A stretch of 64,000 nucleotides of DNA, from positions 768,001 to 832,000 of the forward strand of contig CAVTLK010000005.1 of assembly GCA_963735595.1 (NCBI GenBank). Reading direction: 5' to 3'. This document shows positions 10,293-20,206 of the stretch, piece by piece; position 1 is the stretch's first letter, and every line of letters starts with the position of its first letter. Both the position numbers and the translations under genes were made by a program. Below the pieces are notes generated by a model. It saw only the letters and a list, made by a program, of their open reading frames with translations. It was not told the origin of the DNA and did not search any database. Origin of the DNA: an uncultured delta proteobacterium. GTDB taxonomy: Bacteria > Desulfobacterota > Zymogenia > Zymogenales > Zymogenaceae.

Positions 10293-11090
10293 TTAAACTG
10301 CCCCGCGGGCGTGATAGTGTCCGTCGCTCGTTATCGGGTCCCGCTCGATAACCGGGTCGCCCGTTCGGGTTATAATTGTCCGCGTGACCGGGATACTCAT
10401 TCCGCTTTCGGCAACGGCCCGTTCGGCGATAACGAAAAGCCCGTTGCAGCAGGGGACTTCCATATGCGCCACGGTGATCGATGCGGGGCGGGCCTCCCGG
10501 ATGATATCGGACAGGCGTTCGATTGAAAACTCGACGTCGTCGAATTTTGGACAGCCCAGCGCCACGCATCGGTTTTTCAACAGCCGATCGTGAAGGGTGG
10601 GGCATGCCGCGGCGGCGCAATCGGCCAGGAGCAGAAGGTCCGCTCCGGCGAGATACGGCGCCGCCGGATTGAGCAGCCTGAGCTTGATCGGCCAGTGGGC
10701 AAGCTCCGAGGGTTGGTCTGCGGGGTGCGGCCCGGCGTCGTCCCGTTTATCGGCTTTTTTGAGCGTCATCTCGTGGCTGCCGGGGCAGCCGCAGGCAAGC
10801 GTTTGCGGGGGGGTATGGGCCGGGATCGGCGCTTTTGCGTGGCGGCCGTCTGCATGCGGGCCGGGCCGGCCGGCGGGTTCGTTAAAGGCGGCGGCCTCCC
10901 GCTCGACGACGGTAATCGCCCCGGCCGGGCAGTCGCCAATGCAGGCGCCCAGGCCGTCACAATAAACGTCGCTTACCAGGCGCGCCTTACCGTCGATCAG
11001 CTGCAGGGCCCCCTCCGCGCATGCCGTAACGCAATTTCCGCAGCCGTCGCAGCGTTCGGAATCGATCTCAATGATCTTTCTTATTGCCAT
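10293..11090 (-). CDS. 4Fe-4S dicluster ferredoxin-domain protein
   Basis: CDGCGNCVTAC and CDGLGACIGDCP; CGCPGS, ADC, GCPKFD, MEVPCC. Confidence 0.9.
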   Translation of the reverse strand: MAIRKIIEIDSERCDGCGNCVTACAEGALQLIDGKARLVSDVYCDGLGACIGDCPAGAITVVEREAAAFNEPAGRPGPHADGRHAKAPIPAHTPPQTLACGCPGSHEMTLKKADKRDDAGPHPADQPSELAHWPIKLRLLNPAAPYLAGADLLLLADCAAAACPTLHDRLLKNRCVALGCPKFDDVEFSIERLSDIIREARPASITVAHMEVPCCNGLFVIAERAVAESGMSIPVTRTIITRTGDPVIERDPITSDGHYHARGAV

Positions 11091-11508
11091 TATCGTCTCC
11101 AAAAACAAAGGTCGTATCTGAAATACGCGTATTGGTCAGGTAGCGCCTCATCTCTTCGTTGATTCTCCCGACCAGATCGCCGAATATACACTTTCCCTCC
11201 CCACAAAGGGGGGTCTCAAGGAGGCAGTCGTGCGGCAAGAATTTCCCCTCGATGGCCTCGTAGACGTCCATCAGGGGGGTCTGTTCGGCGCCGTTTGCCA
11301 GGACGAAACCGCCCTTCGGCCCCCGGGTGGATTGAACGAAACCCTGCCTGGCCAGTCTCCCGAGGACCTTTGCAAGGTGCGCCTCGGAGACGCGAAGGGT
11401 CGAGGCGATCTGCCCCGCGGAGAGCGGCCCTTGGCGATTACCGGCCAGTATCGCCATCGTATGTACGGCCAAAGAAGCGGCCTGGGAGATTTTGAGAAGG
11501 GTGGTCAT
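11068..11508 (-). CDS. Rrf2 family transcriptional regulator
   Basis: HLAKVLGRL, STRGPKGGFVL, VYEAIEG; three Cys (CLL...C...C). Confidence 0.92.
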   Translation of the reverse strand: MTTLLKISQAASLAVHTMAILAGNRQGPLSAGQIASTLRVSEAHLAKVLGRLARQGFVQSTRGPKGGFVLANGAEQTPLMDVYEAIEGKFLPHDCLLETPLCGEGKCIFGDLVGRINEEMRRYLTNTRISDTTFVFGDDNGNKKDH

Positions 11509-11538
11509 CGATAATTCTCTTCATTCGGTCTATTTCGG

Positions 11539-11578
11539 TATTTAAGTAACATTATACTTAAATAGCATGGTCTGTCAA
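11539..11578 (-). promoter_or_regulatory. Sigma70 promoter and palindromic operator of the Rrf2 operon
   Basis: Minus strand TTGACA-N16-TATAAT. Perfect inverted repeat TATTTAAGTA-N6-TACTTAAATA (11539-11564) covers the -10. Confidence 0.75.
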
Positions 11579-11727
11579 GTCCTTTTTTAGGTATAATGAA
11601 AAAAGAGGGGGTATCTTAAGGCCAAGGGCGGGGGTGTTGATATTGAGGTGACGTGCGGGTCCCGTTCGGGGCAGGATAGGGGCGCGTTATCGGCCGGTTT
11701 TGCAGTGTCGTCGGGTAGGCGCTCGTT

Positions 11728-12894
11728 TTACCGCATGAGCCCACGTATCCCCCGGGTCAAGCCGTCGACCGTCAGTTCGTACATCGGGAAGACCTCCTGA
11801 ACCATCCCGATCGTGTCGGTACGGGGCCAGCTGTAGGCCGGGAGGGGATTGAGCCAGATCGTCTTCTTGAAGTGGTCGCGAATCCGGGCGAGCCACTCCA
11901 TACCCGGGACGTCATTATAGTAGAAATAGTGAATCGCCCCGTTTCGGTTTAATAGCTCGGAGGGCGCCATGTCGGCGTCTCCGACGATGATACATTTGTA
12001 TTCGGGGCCGAATTTCTTCAGAAAATCCCCGGTGGGAAAACCGGTCCGCCGCCGCATATCGGTATAGATGTCCTGATAGACGCAGTTGTGGAAATAGAAA
12101 TAGTGGAGGTTCCGGATCTGCGCCTTGGAGGCGGAAAAAAGGCGTGATACGAGCTCCACGTAAGGGTCCATGGAACCCCCGGCGTCCATCAGTAACAGCA
12201 CCTTGGCGGCGTTGGTAATGCTCTTGATGAAAACGAGGTCTATCTCGCCGCCGTCCCGCGCGGTCTTGTCAATCGTCTTTTCCAGCGAGAGTTCGTCTTC
12301 GGGCCCCTCGGGCAGGAGCGTCCTGAGCCGTGAGAGGGCCACGCGGATGTTGCGGGTGTCCAGGATGACGTCAGAATCGTAGTTCCTGAAGCGCCGCTCC
12401 TCGGCTATCTGGACGGCCCGCTTGTGCCGGGATTGCCCCTGGCCTATCCGTACCCCGGTGGGGTGGAAGCCGAAGGCCCCCTGCGTAGACCTGCCGCCCG
12501 TGCCGATCGCGCGGTTTCCCCCGGTATGCTCGTTATAATGCCCCTCCCGCCACTGCCGCTCGAAGTTTCGCCTGACCGTCTCCAGGTCGAGGGCCTCGAT
12601 GGCCGCCATCTCTTCGGGGGTCAGCGCCAGCGCCTCGACTTTCTTGAGTCCTTTGAGTATCTCGTCTATGATTTGATCGGGTGTTTGTATCCCCTTGAAG
12701 TAAGAGGCAAACGCAAGGTCATATTTATCGAACTGGGACTCGTCCTTGACGAGAATAGACCGGGCAACGGAATAAAAACGATCGAGGCTTACCGCGGTAA
12801 GGTTCTTCGATAGCGCCTCGTGCAGGGCGATCCACTCGTGGAGCGTTACCGGGACACCGTGGGCCTTGAGCTCAAAGAAAAAGTCGGTGAACAT
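11728..12894 (-). CDS. VWA-domain CoxE-like protein
   Basis: GGNRAIGTGG, LLMDAGGSM (MIDAS-like), YFHNC, VGDA, WLNP. Confidence 0.88.
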   Translation of the reverse strand: MFTDFFFELKAHGVPVTLHEWIALHEALSKNLTAVSLDRFYSVARSILVKDESQFDKYDLAFASYFKGIQTPDQIIDEILKGLKKVEALALTPEEMAAIEALDLETVRRNFERQWREGHYNEHTGGNRAIGTGGRSTQGAFGFHPTGVRIGQGQSRHKRAVQIAEERRFRNYDSDVILDTRNIRVALSRLRTLLPEGPEDELSLEKTIDKTARDGGEIDLVFIKSITNAAKVLLLMDAGGSMDPYVELVSRLFSASKAQIRNLHYFYFHNCVYQDIYTDMRRRTGFPTGDFLKKFGPEYKCIIVGDADMAPSELLNRNGAIHYFYYNDVPGMEWLARIRDHFKKTIWLNPLPAYSWPRTDTIGMVQEVFPMYELTVDGLTRGIRGLMR

Positions 12895-12949
12895 GGATTA
12901 CCCGCCGTAGCCGGCGGCGCTTGCCCGTCGGTGCCGGCTTGCCCGCCGT

Positions 12950-13799
12950 CTATCGATACTGAGTGCGGTACTTGTCATAAATCTTCTGGTTTTCCTTCTG
13001 GTGATCGAGGACGGCATAGTCTTCCCGCTTTTTGAGCAGGGCGCCCAGGAAAGGCATCGTTTCTTCCAACCGTTCGGGGAGAGATCCCGCCAACGATGAG
13101 CGCGCGCACCCAGTCGACAAGCTCGGAGGTGGAAGGCTTTTTACGGAGTGAATCGAGCGTTCGTATCCAGTAGAACTTCTTAAGGACGGCCGCCAGCAGT
13201 TCTTCCTCAATGTCGGGATAATGAACCCGAATGATGTCGATCATCAGCGGCTCGTCGGGGAATTCTATGTAGTGAAAGACGCAGCGGCGAAGAAACGCGT
13301 CCGGCAGTTCCTTTTCTGCGTTTGACGTAATGATGACGATAGGCCGGTGCTTTGCAGTAATCGTTTCATCGGTCTCGGGGATATGGAAGGTCATCACATC
13401 CATCTCGTTGAGCAGATCGTTGGGGAATTCGAGGTCGGCCTTATCGATTTCGTCGATGAGCAGCACAACCTGCTCGTCGGAGGTAAAGGCCCTCCCGAGC
13501 TTGCCCAGCTTGATATATTTTTTAATATCGGAGACGTCGCCTTCGCCGAACCGGGCGTCGTTGAGACGCTGGACGGTATCGTAGACATAGAGGCCGTCGC
13601 GGGCCTTCGTGGTGGACTTGATGTTCCAGACGATCATCTCTTTTTTCAGGTTCTCGGCAACGGAGTGGGCCAGCAGGGTCTTGCCGGTCCCCGGCTCACC
13701 CTTTACAAGCAGCGGCCGGGAGAGTGCGATTGCGACATTTACCGAATCCATCAGGTCTGGCGATGCGATATATGTCCCGGTTCCGGAGTAGGCGTTCAT
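12950..13799 (-). CDS. MoxR family AAA+ ATPase (frameshift near 13075)
   Basis: GEPGTGKT, LIDEIDKA, ELPDAFLRRC, KKPSTSEL. The C-terminus PFLGALLK lies in another frame ending at 12950. Confidence 0.9.
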
Positions 13800-14157
13800 G
13801 GGTACCGTCCTTTTAGATCAATACATATCATAAAATTATACCAGTCCATCGATTTTTGTTCAAGGAGAAAAAGGCCGCGCGAATCGTCATACGTTCAAAA
13901 ATATCTTGTAAATGTTCAAAGAAAAGGAATAGAATAGGCCAACATTTCGCGTGGCGCGGGTTGTGTCCCTGACAATTCATAAGCGAGACCTCGTGAGAAA
14001 CCGCCGGTCATATCATCCCGGCCGGGCACGAGTTCTTCTCATCATATACCCGAACGCATGATACCTGACACCGTGTGAAACCAAATGGAACGCTCCGAGA
14101 TCATCCGGACGTAAGACACCTATTCGGCCGATTGCGGCGGCAGAGGATTCTCTTATC

Positions 14158-14976
14158 ATGAGTCCCAACCAGGGTATATCGTTTGATACCGCCCGAGCCC
14201 TGCGGCACCTCGGCGTCAAACCGGGGGACAGGCTCCTTGTCCATTCGAGCCTGAGGCTCCTCGGCTGGATACACGGAGGGGCGAACGCCGTTATTGATGC
14301 GATCCTTTCGGCCGTCGGCGAATCGGGTACGGTCATGATGCCCGCCTTCACGTTCCCCCCCGTGGAGGTATTCGACCCGGTCCTCACCCCGACGACTATG
14401 GGGACGATCGCCGGGGCCTTCCTGAGGCGGCCCGATGTGGTCAGAAGCATCCATCCGACCCACTCGGTATCGGTCTGGGGGGCTCACAAGGACCGGCTTG
14501 CCGCCGGGCATGAGACCGCCACCGCCCTGGGTGTCGGCTCCCCCGTGCATCTTCTGCTCGAGGAAGGAGGGGATAGTATCCTCCTGGGTGTGGGCCACTG
14601 GGCCAACTCGGCGGTTCACGTGGCCGAGGCGATCGCGCGAGTCCCCTACCTGGACATCCCCTACAACGATCAATACGCCTGCCCGTTGACCGCCCGCCTT
14701 TCCGACGGCTCGCTCAGACAGTTTCCGCCGACGGAAAATCCGGGCTGCAGCATAAATTTCACGGCCGTGGAACAACCCCTCAAACGGCGGGGGCTGATCA
14801 CCTATCACCGACAGGGCGATGTCCTGGTTCAGCGGGTATCGGGGAGAGGGCTCCTGGAGCTGATACCGGAAATGCTCTCGATCGATCCCCTCTTTCTGCT
14901 CTGTTCATGGGATCTCTGCCCGTTTTGTCCGAACGTGAAACGATTATTTAACCATACTCAATACGGGGAGGTTTAG
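14158..14976 (+). CDS. AAC(3) family N-acetyltransferase
   Basis: LLVHSSL, GTVMMPAFT, RSIHPTHS, LLGVGH..NSAVHVAE; C-terminal CxxxxCxxC. Confidence 0.88.
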   Translation: MSPNQGISFDTARALRHLGVKPGDRLLVHSSLRLLGWIHGGANAVIDAILSAVGESGTVMMPAFTFPPVEVFDPVLTPTTMGTIAGAFLRRPDVVRSIHPTHSVSVWGAHKDRLAAGHETATALGVGSPVHLLLEEGGDSILLGVGHWANSAVHVAEAIARVPYLDIPYNDQYACPLTARLSDGSLRQFPPTENPGCSINFTAVEQPLKRRGLITYHRQGDVLVQRVSGRGLLELIPEMLSIDPLFLLCSWDLCPFCPNVKRLFNHTQYGEV

Positions 14977-14981
14977 CAAAT

Positions 14982-15716
14982 ATGTGGGAGTCGTTTATTG
15001 TTGAGGTCCAGAAACAGATTAAGGAAACGGTCAATTCCGAGGGGCAGGCCATTAAAAAGGCGGCGGCCGTCCTGGTTGAGACCATAGAGATGGATGGGAT
15101 TATCCATACCTTCGGGAGCGGACATTCGGCGCTCGTTGCTCAGGAAATCTTCTGCAGGGCGGGCGGGATTGTCCCGGTTAACGCGATCCTCGACCCCTCG
15201 TTCATGGTTTCCTACGGCGCTATGCGCAGCACGAACATGGAACGGTTGCCCGGCGCCGCCTCCATATCGCTATCCGGCCACCAGATCAGGAGCGGCGACG
15301 CGGCCATTATTATATCCAACTCGGGCAAGAACCAGGCCCCGGTCGAGATGGCCCTCAGGTTCAAGGAACTCGGTGTAAAGATCATCGCCGTGACAAGCAT
15401 GGAACATTCAAGCGGCGTCACATCGAGCCACCCCTCGGGCAAGCGCCTGTTCGAGGTATCCGACGTCGTTATCGATAACCATGCGGCCATCGGCGACGCG
15501 GCCGTCAGTGTACCGGGGGTAAAGGCGCCGGTAGGTCCCACATCCACCATCATGGGATCGATCATCGTTCAGTCTATTATCGTCGAAGCCGTCGACATAC
15601 TCGCGAAAAAGGGGAAGGCGCCGGCGGTCTTCGTTTCGGTAAATATGGAGATGACCAACCTCGAAGAGCTCAGCAGGGAATATATGAAATACCGGGGGAG
15701 GATCAGGCACTTCTGA
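14982..15716 (+). CDS. SIS-domain protein (UPF0309/NagS-like)
   Basis: TFGSGHS, RAGG, ER, ISNSGKN, VTS, VIDNH..GDA. Confidence 0.88.
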   Translation: MWESFIVEVQKQIKETVNSEGQAIKKAAAVLVETIEMDGIIHTFGSGHSALVAQEIFCRAGGIVPVNAILDPSFMVSYGAMRSTNMERLPGAASISLSGHQIRSGDAAIIISNSGKNQAPVEMALRFKELGVKIIAVTSMEHSSGVTSSHPSGKRLFEVSDVVIDNHAAIGDAAVSVPGVKAPVGPTSTIMGSIIVQSIIVEAVDILAKKGKAPAVFVSVNMEMTNLEELSREYMKYRGRIRHF

Positions 15717-16591
15717 TGACGCAAAGGATCCGCGACACCCATATCGCCCTGTCACTGGTCCCGATCCCGGACGATCCGGCCGGGCTTTCGACCCGCTTCG
15801 TACTCGGGGGATGGATCGACGATATCGTTACGTCCGACGGGTATACCTTTTGTCCCCATGAGTTTCCGAACGACCGTATCTACGGTTTCGGATACCCGGA
15901 CGAATTTATTACCCCCCTTTTCATCGGGGATCGGCCGGCGCTGGCCGATACCGCCCTTAAGATAGGCGTCGGGTTTATCAACCTGGTGAAAGCCGGTACC
16001 TATCACTTCTGCGATGAGCCGGGAGTCAGGGAGGTCCTCCCGTGGAAGATACAGAGGACCGGCGGCGGGCTGCGGCTTGTTCAGGAGGCCGCCGTTGCGG
16101 GGGTCGGCTACACGCTCAAAAAAGAGATCCGGCTCATGGGCGATCGACCGGGATTTACCGTTTCATGGGCGCTCACGAATTGTTGTGCCGACCGACCTAT
16201 CCAGACCCTCTGGTACTGGCACCCCTTTGTCGCCCCCGGGGGAATGGGCGCACGCTGCTTTGTGAAGCTGCCCGAAACCCTCGTGCCCGCCTACGAGTTC
16301 CTCAAGCCGCTTACCGCCGACCCCCGGGGTGGGCTCCGCCTGCCGGACGATTTTTCGGAGCTCCCCACGCAGCTTCTCGAATTCACCCCGGCCGATAACG
16401 GGCTGGTTAACCGGTTTGAGCTGGGCAATATCAATCACGACAAGAGGCTCGTGGTCGTCGGGGATTTCCCGCTCGGCTTTCTCAGAATCTGGTACGAGCG
16501 CCGGGTCTTTTCCGTAGAGCCGTTCTATCACCTCTCTCTGATGCCGGGAGAAACAAGGTCGTGGTCGATTACGGCCACTATTGTCAATTAA
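15716..16591 (+). CDS. Galactose mutarotase/aldose-1-epimerase-like protein
   Basis: WALTN...WYWHPF and FSVEPF...LMPGETRSW motifs. Translationally coupled within the operon. Confidence 0.55.
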   Translation: MTQRIRDTHIALSLVPIPDDPAGLSTRFVLGGWIDDIVTSDGYTFCPHEFPNDRIYGFGYPDEFITPLFIGDRPALADTALKIGVGFINLVKAGTYHFCDEPGVREVLPWKIQRTGGGLRLVQEAAVAGVGYTLKKEIRLMGDRPGFTVSWALTNCCADRPIQTLWYWHPFVAPGGMGARCFVKLPETLVPAYEFLKPLTADPRGGLRLPDDFSELPTQLLEFTPADNGLVNRFELGNINHDKRLVVVGDFPLGFLRIWYERRVFSVEPFYHLSLMPGETRSWSITATIVN

Positions 16592-16611
16592 ACGTTTGTC
16601 AGGAGGACGGT

Positions 16612-17958
16612 ATGGCACAGGACGTCGTCAAGCGCCTCTCCAATAAGGAGGTGTTCTTTTATAACTGGGGGTCTATTTCGCTAAACTTCGTCGAGGGAGT
16701 CCTGTTTACCTGGATCATGTATTTCTATGCCCCTCCCCCCGATTCGGGAAGACCCGCATTTATTCCGATCATTGCGACGGGAGTGATCCTGACTATCGGA
16801 AGGGTCTTCGACGCGATCACCGACCCGCTGATCGGCCACCTCTCCGATAACACAAAAAGCCGCTGGGGACGGAGGAAGCCCTTCATAATTTTCGGGACAC
16901 CCTTCATGATCCTTTTCTTTCTCCTCCTCTGGCTCCCGCCGGTATCGGGCGTTTCCATGGTGAACGTGGTGTATCTTATGGTGATCTTTCTCTTTTACTT
17001 CCTATTTTATACGGTCATCGGCATCCCGTATGACGCGGTGCTGGCCGAGATCGCCCTTACCTCGGAAGACCGCGTCAAGCTTACTTCCTGGAAGTTGATC
17101 TATGCCATTATCGGTTTTCTGTTGGTGGCAATTATTGCGCCCGGCCTCTTCCAGAACCTGGGAGCCTTCAAGATGGCGCTGGTTACAGCGGCCGTGGGCC
17201 TGGTGACCATGTACCTCTGTCTGCCGGGGATCAAGGAACTGCCCGTGGAGTTTTCCCGGGCCGACGTGCAGATCGGCTTTTGGGACGCCTTTAAGGCCAC
17301 TTTCAAGAACGCGCAGTTTCTCTTCTTCGGCGTGGCCATCATCGCGCTTTACATGTGCTACGAGGTGCTCCTGGTGGTCATCCCCTATTTTGTCACAGTC
17401 ATCGTGGGCAAGGAGGAGGCATTCGTCATGTACTACCAGGCCGAGTTCATCCTCTGCATGGTGGCCTCAGTCCCACTCTGGATGTGGCTCTCCCACCGCT
17501 ACGGCAAGCGCCGCATGCTCCAGGTTGTATCGCTGCTTCTGGCAGTCATCTTTCCTATTAACTTCTTTGTTGGCGCCGTCCCCGGTATTCCGGTCATGAT
17601 CCAGGCCTTTATCTTTTTCCCGCTGGTTAGTATCCCGCTCGGCGGCTTTATGATACTGGTCTACGCCATGATGGGAGATATCGTTGATTACGACCAGATG
17701 CAGACAGGAAAACGACGCGAGGCGATGTACTACGGGGTTTTCGGTTTTTCCCGAAAACTCGGATTTGCGCTGTCTACGCTGATACTCCCGGTGCTCTTTA
17801 AGACCTTCGGGTATACCAGGGCCAATCCCCTGGGGATACGGCTCGTATGGGTCATGCTCGGCGTTTTCTCATTGATCGGATTTTTCGTCCTGCTGGGCTA
17901 TAAGCTCGGCGACAGTCCCGAAGAGACACGAAAGATCATGGGCATAAGGGAGCAGTAA
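16612..17958 (+). CDS. GPH/MelB-family MFS sugar or glycoside transporter
   Basis: FDAITDPLIGHLSD, RWGRRKPF, DIVDYD...GKRREAMY. AGGAGG RBS. Confidence 0.9.
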   Translation: MAQDVVKRLSNKEVFFYNWGSISLNFVEGVLFTWIMYFYAPPPDSGRPAFIPIIATGVILTIGRVFDAITDPLIGHLSDNTKSRWGRRKPFIIFGTPFMILFFLLLWLPPVSGVSMVNVVYLMVIFLFYFLFYTVIGIPYDAVLAEIALTSEDRVKLTSWKLIYAIIGFLLVAIIAPGLFQNLGAFKMALVTAAVGLVTMYLCLPGIKELPVEFSRADVQIGFWDAFKATFKNAQFLFFGVAIIALYMCYEVLLVVIPYFVTVIVGKEEAFVMYYQAEFILCMVASVPLWMWLSHRYGKRRMLQVVSLLLAVIFPINFFVGAVPGIPVMIQAFIFFPLVSIPLGGFMILVYAMMGDIVDYDQMQTGKRREAMYYGVFGFSRKLGFALSTLILPVLFKTFGYTRANPLGIRLVWVMLGVFSLIGFFVLLGYKLGDSPEETRKIMGIREQ

Positions 17959-18935
17959 TGGGCAGGGAGATCCTCATATCGATAGACGGCGGCGGTACGC
18001 ACACCACGGCGATCGCCGTTGACCGAACCGGCCGGATTATCGGCAAAGGGGCGGGCGGGCCGGCGAACCACGTACTGGCGCCCATCGAGGTGGTCAAGGC
18101 GTCGCTTCGGGACGCCATTACGGGGGCAGTCCGGACCGCAGCGATACTGCCATCGGACGTGGCCATTATCGCCGGGGATACCGCGGGCATCGGATATTTG
18201 CGGGAGGGCGCCGAGTACGTCGAGGGGCTCATCGCCGGGCTTTTCCCCGATATACCGGTCTACCTGGTCGGGGATATGGTGGCCGGTTTTTTCGGTGCGC
18301 TCTCCGGCGGCCGGGGGGTAGTGGCAACCGCCGGGACCGGCTCGTCGATCTATGGGCGGAACGAACAGGGCGAGGGGCTGCAATCGGGCGGATGGGGGCA
18401 TATCCTGGGTGACGAGGGCAGCGCGTACGACATCGTAGTCGCGGGGCTTCGGGCGGCAGCCCGCGCCTACGACGGGCGGGGGACGCCGACGACCTTGACC
18501 TGTGCCTTTCCGAAGCACTTCGGCCTGCCGGATATGATCGGCGTGGCGGTCACGATCTACGTCGATAAGACCATGACGCGCGACAGGATCGCCGAGGCCG
18601 CCCGCGTGGTTACCGAACAGGCCGATAAGGGAGACGCCGTGGCACGCGCTATCATGGAGGGGGCAGGGCGCGAGCTCGCCCTCGGAGTCGTTACGGTGGC
18701 CGGGAAGCTCGGGTTTACCGATGAACGGCTTGAGGTTTCCTGGTCGGGGAGCGTCTTTCTGGCCGGGGACGTCATTATCGCGCCCTTTTCGGAGGCGGTC
18801 CTGAAACAGTGCCCGGCGGCACAGATCACGCCGCCCGTCATGCCCGCGGTGGGCGGAGGGGTGAGGATCGCCTGCGAGAGGCTCGGATGGGATTATGAGC
18901 CGATGAAAGAGACGCTCGTTCGAGACCTCCGATGA
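17958..18935 (+). CDS. BadF/BadG/BcrA/BcrD family N-acetylhexosamine kinase
   Basis: IDGGGTHT, AGTGS, GGWGHILGDEGSAY. Confidence 0.88.
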   Translation: MGREILISIDGGGTHTTAIAVDRTGRIIGKGAGGPANHVLAPIEVVKASLRDAITGAVRTAAILPSDVAIIAGDTAGIGYLREGAEYVEGLIAGLFPDIPVYLVGDMVAGFFGALSGGRGVVATAGTGSSIYGRNEQGEGLQSGGWGHILGDEGSAYDIVVAGLRAAARAYDGRGTPTTLTCAFPKHFGLPDMIGVAVTIYVDKTMTRDRIAEAARVVTEQADKGDAVARAIMEGAGRELALGVVTVAGKLGFTDERLEVSWSGSVFLAGDVIIAPFSEAVLKQCPAAQITPPVMPAVGGGVRIACERLGWDYEPMKETLVRDLR

Positions 18936-20206
18936 CGGCGCGGTTTCGCGCGTCGGCGGCCGTGATCGACGTGACGCCGCCGATCGGCTTCCCCCTCGGC
19001 GGGTACATGCTTCGGACAGGCGTTTCGACCGGGACCCTCGATCCGATCCTCGCCCGCCTTCTCCTGCTGACCTCTGGCGATGATGCGCTGCTTCTGATAT
19101 CGCTGGACTGGGTACATATCGACGGCCGCTGGTCCCGGGGCGTCAGACGGTCTATCGAGACCGAGACGGGGATCAGCGGAGACAGGATTATTATCACGGC
19201 CACCCATACTCACTCGGGCCCGGCTGTTTTCAGGTCCTTCAACACCGTCGTGGATGGGGAACCCGCCTATCTTACCGGGGTCTCCGAAAGGATCGTCGAG
19301 AAGGCCGGAACGCTCATGGCGGCGGCACGGGACGTAACGGCGCTGTTCGGCTCGAGCAAAGTCACCGGGATCGGTGCACACCGGAATGACCCGGGACTTA
19401 CCGTCGATGACGAGCTTTCAGTACTGACACTGAGAGGGACCGATACTGCCGCCGTCGGCCGGGCAATCGCCTACGGCTGCCACCCGACTCTCCTGGGTCC
19501 GGACAATCTCCTCTTTTCCGCGGACTGGGTGGGGCGCGGGCTTGCCGCCCTCGATCGTCAGCGGGGGGGTGTATCGGTTTTTATCAACGGGGCGGCCGGC
19601 GACGTAAGCACCCGCTTCACCCGGGAGGGTAAGGGCGTGCAGGAGCTGGCAAAATACGCCGCGCTGTTTTCCGAGGCGGGGGTTCGGGCGGAAGCGGGTG
19701 CCGTTGCGCTCTCCGGAGCCGGGATCGAGGTAACAACGGCCGACGTCCCGGTGAGGTATCGGGAGCTTCCCGATCGGGACGAGGCCCAAAAAAGCCTCTC
19801 GGAAGCGGAAGAGGCAATCGCCGCGGCAGCGAGCGCGGGGGCGAGCCCCGGCGAGATCAGGCGGTTGGAGTCGGTCAGGGAAGGGGCGGTCGTTTCCCTC
19901 TTCTTTGCTCACAGGGGGGGATTGGACGCACTGTTCGGGGAGCGTACCATGACGGCGACGGTAACGCTTGTGCGGATAGGGGCGGTGCGAATGATATTTA
20001 TTCCCGGAGAGGTAATGAGCGAGAGCGCGATCAGCCTCAAGGCCGAGGCCGGGTACGGCCTTGTCGTCTGCGGTTATGCGAACGACTATTTCGGCTATCT
20101 GAGCGGCGGGGGCGGTGACTACGAATCGTCGATGACGCTGCTGTCGCCCGATTCCGTCGAGGGGATACTACGTGCCGCCCGGCGGCTCATCGCGGAGGGT
20201 ATGTGA
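18932..20206 (+). CDS. Neutral/alkaline ceramidase-like metallo-amidohydrolase
   Basis: DVTPP, DPILAR, ATHTHSGP, YGCHPT, SADW, GAAGD, PGE, GYANDYFGY. Confidence 0.82.
   Translation: MTARFRASAAVIDVTPPIGFPLGGYMLRTGVSTGTLDPILARLLLLTSGDDALLLISLDWVHIDGRWSRGVRRSIETETGISGDRIIITATHTHSGPAVFRSFNTVVDGEPAYLTGVSERIVEKAGTLMAAARDVTALFGSSKVTGIGAHRNDPGLTVDDELSVLTLRGTDTAAVGRAIAYGCHPTLLGPDNLLFSADWVGRGLAALDRQRGGVSVFINGAAGDVSTRFTREGKGVQELAKYAALFSEAGVRAEAGAVALSGAGIEVTTADVPVRYRELPDRDEAQKSLSEAEEAIAAAASAGASPGEIRRLESVREGAVVSLFFAHRGGLDALFGERTMTATVTLVRIGAVRMIFIPGEVMSESAISLKAEAGYGLVVCGYANDYFGYLSGGGGDYESSMTLLSPDSVEGILRAARRLIAEGM

Noticed and set aside
11728..13799. MoxR-VWA pair as a novel or defence system
   Set aside because: Ordinary, widespread CoxD/CoxE-like chaperone pair with no unusual partners.
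13940..14157. Possible riboswitch ahead of the amino-sugar operon (CTCGTG/CACGAG hairpin)
   Set aside because: Only a modest hairpin; no glmS or other recognisable consensus.
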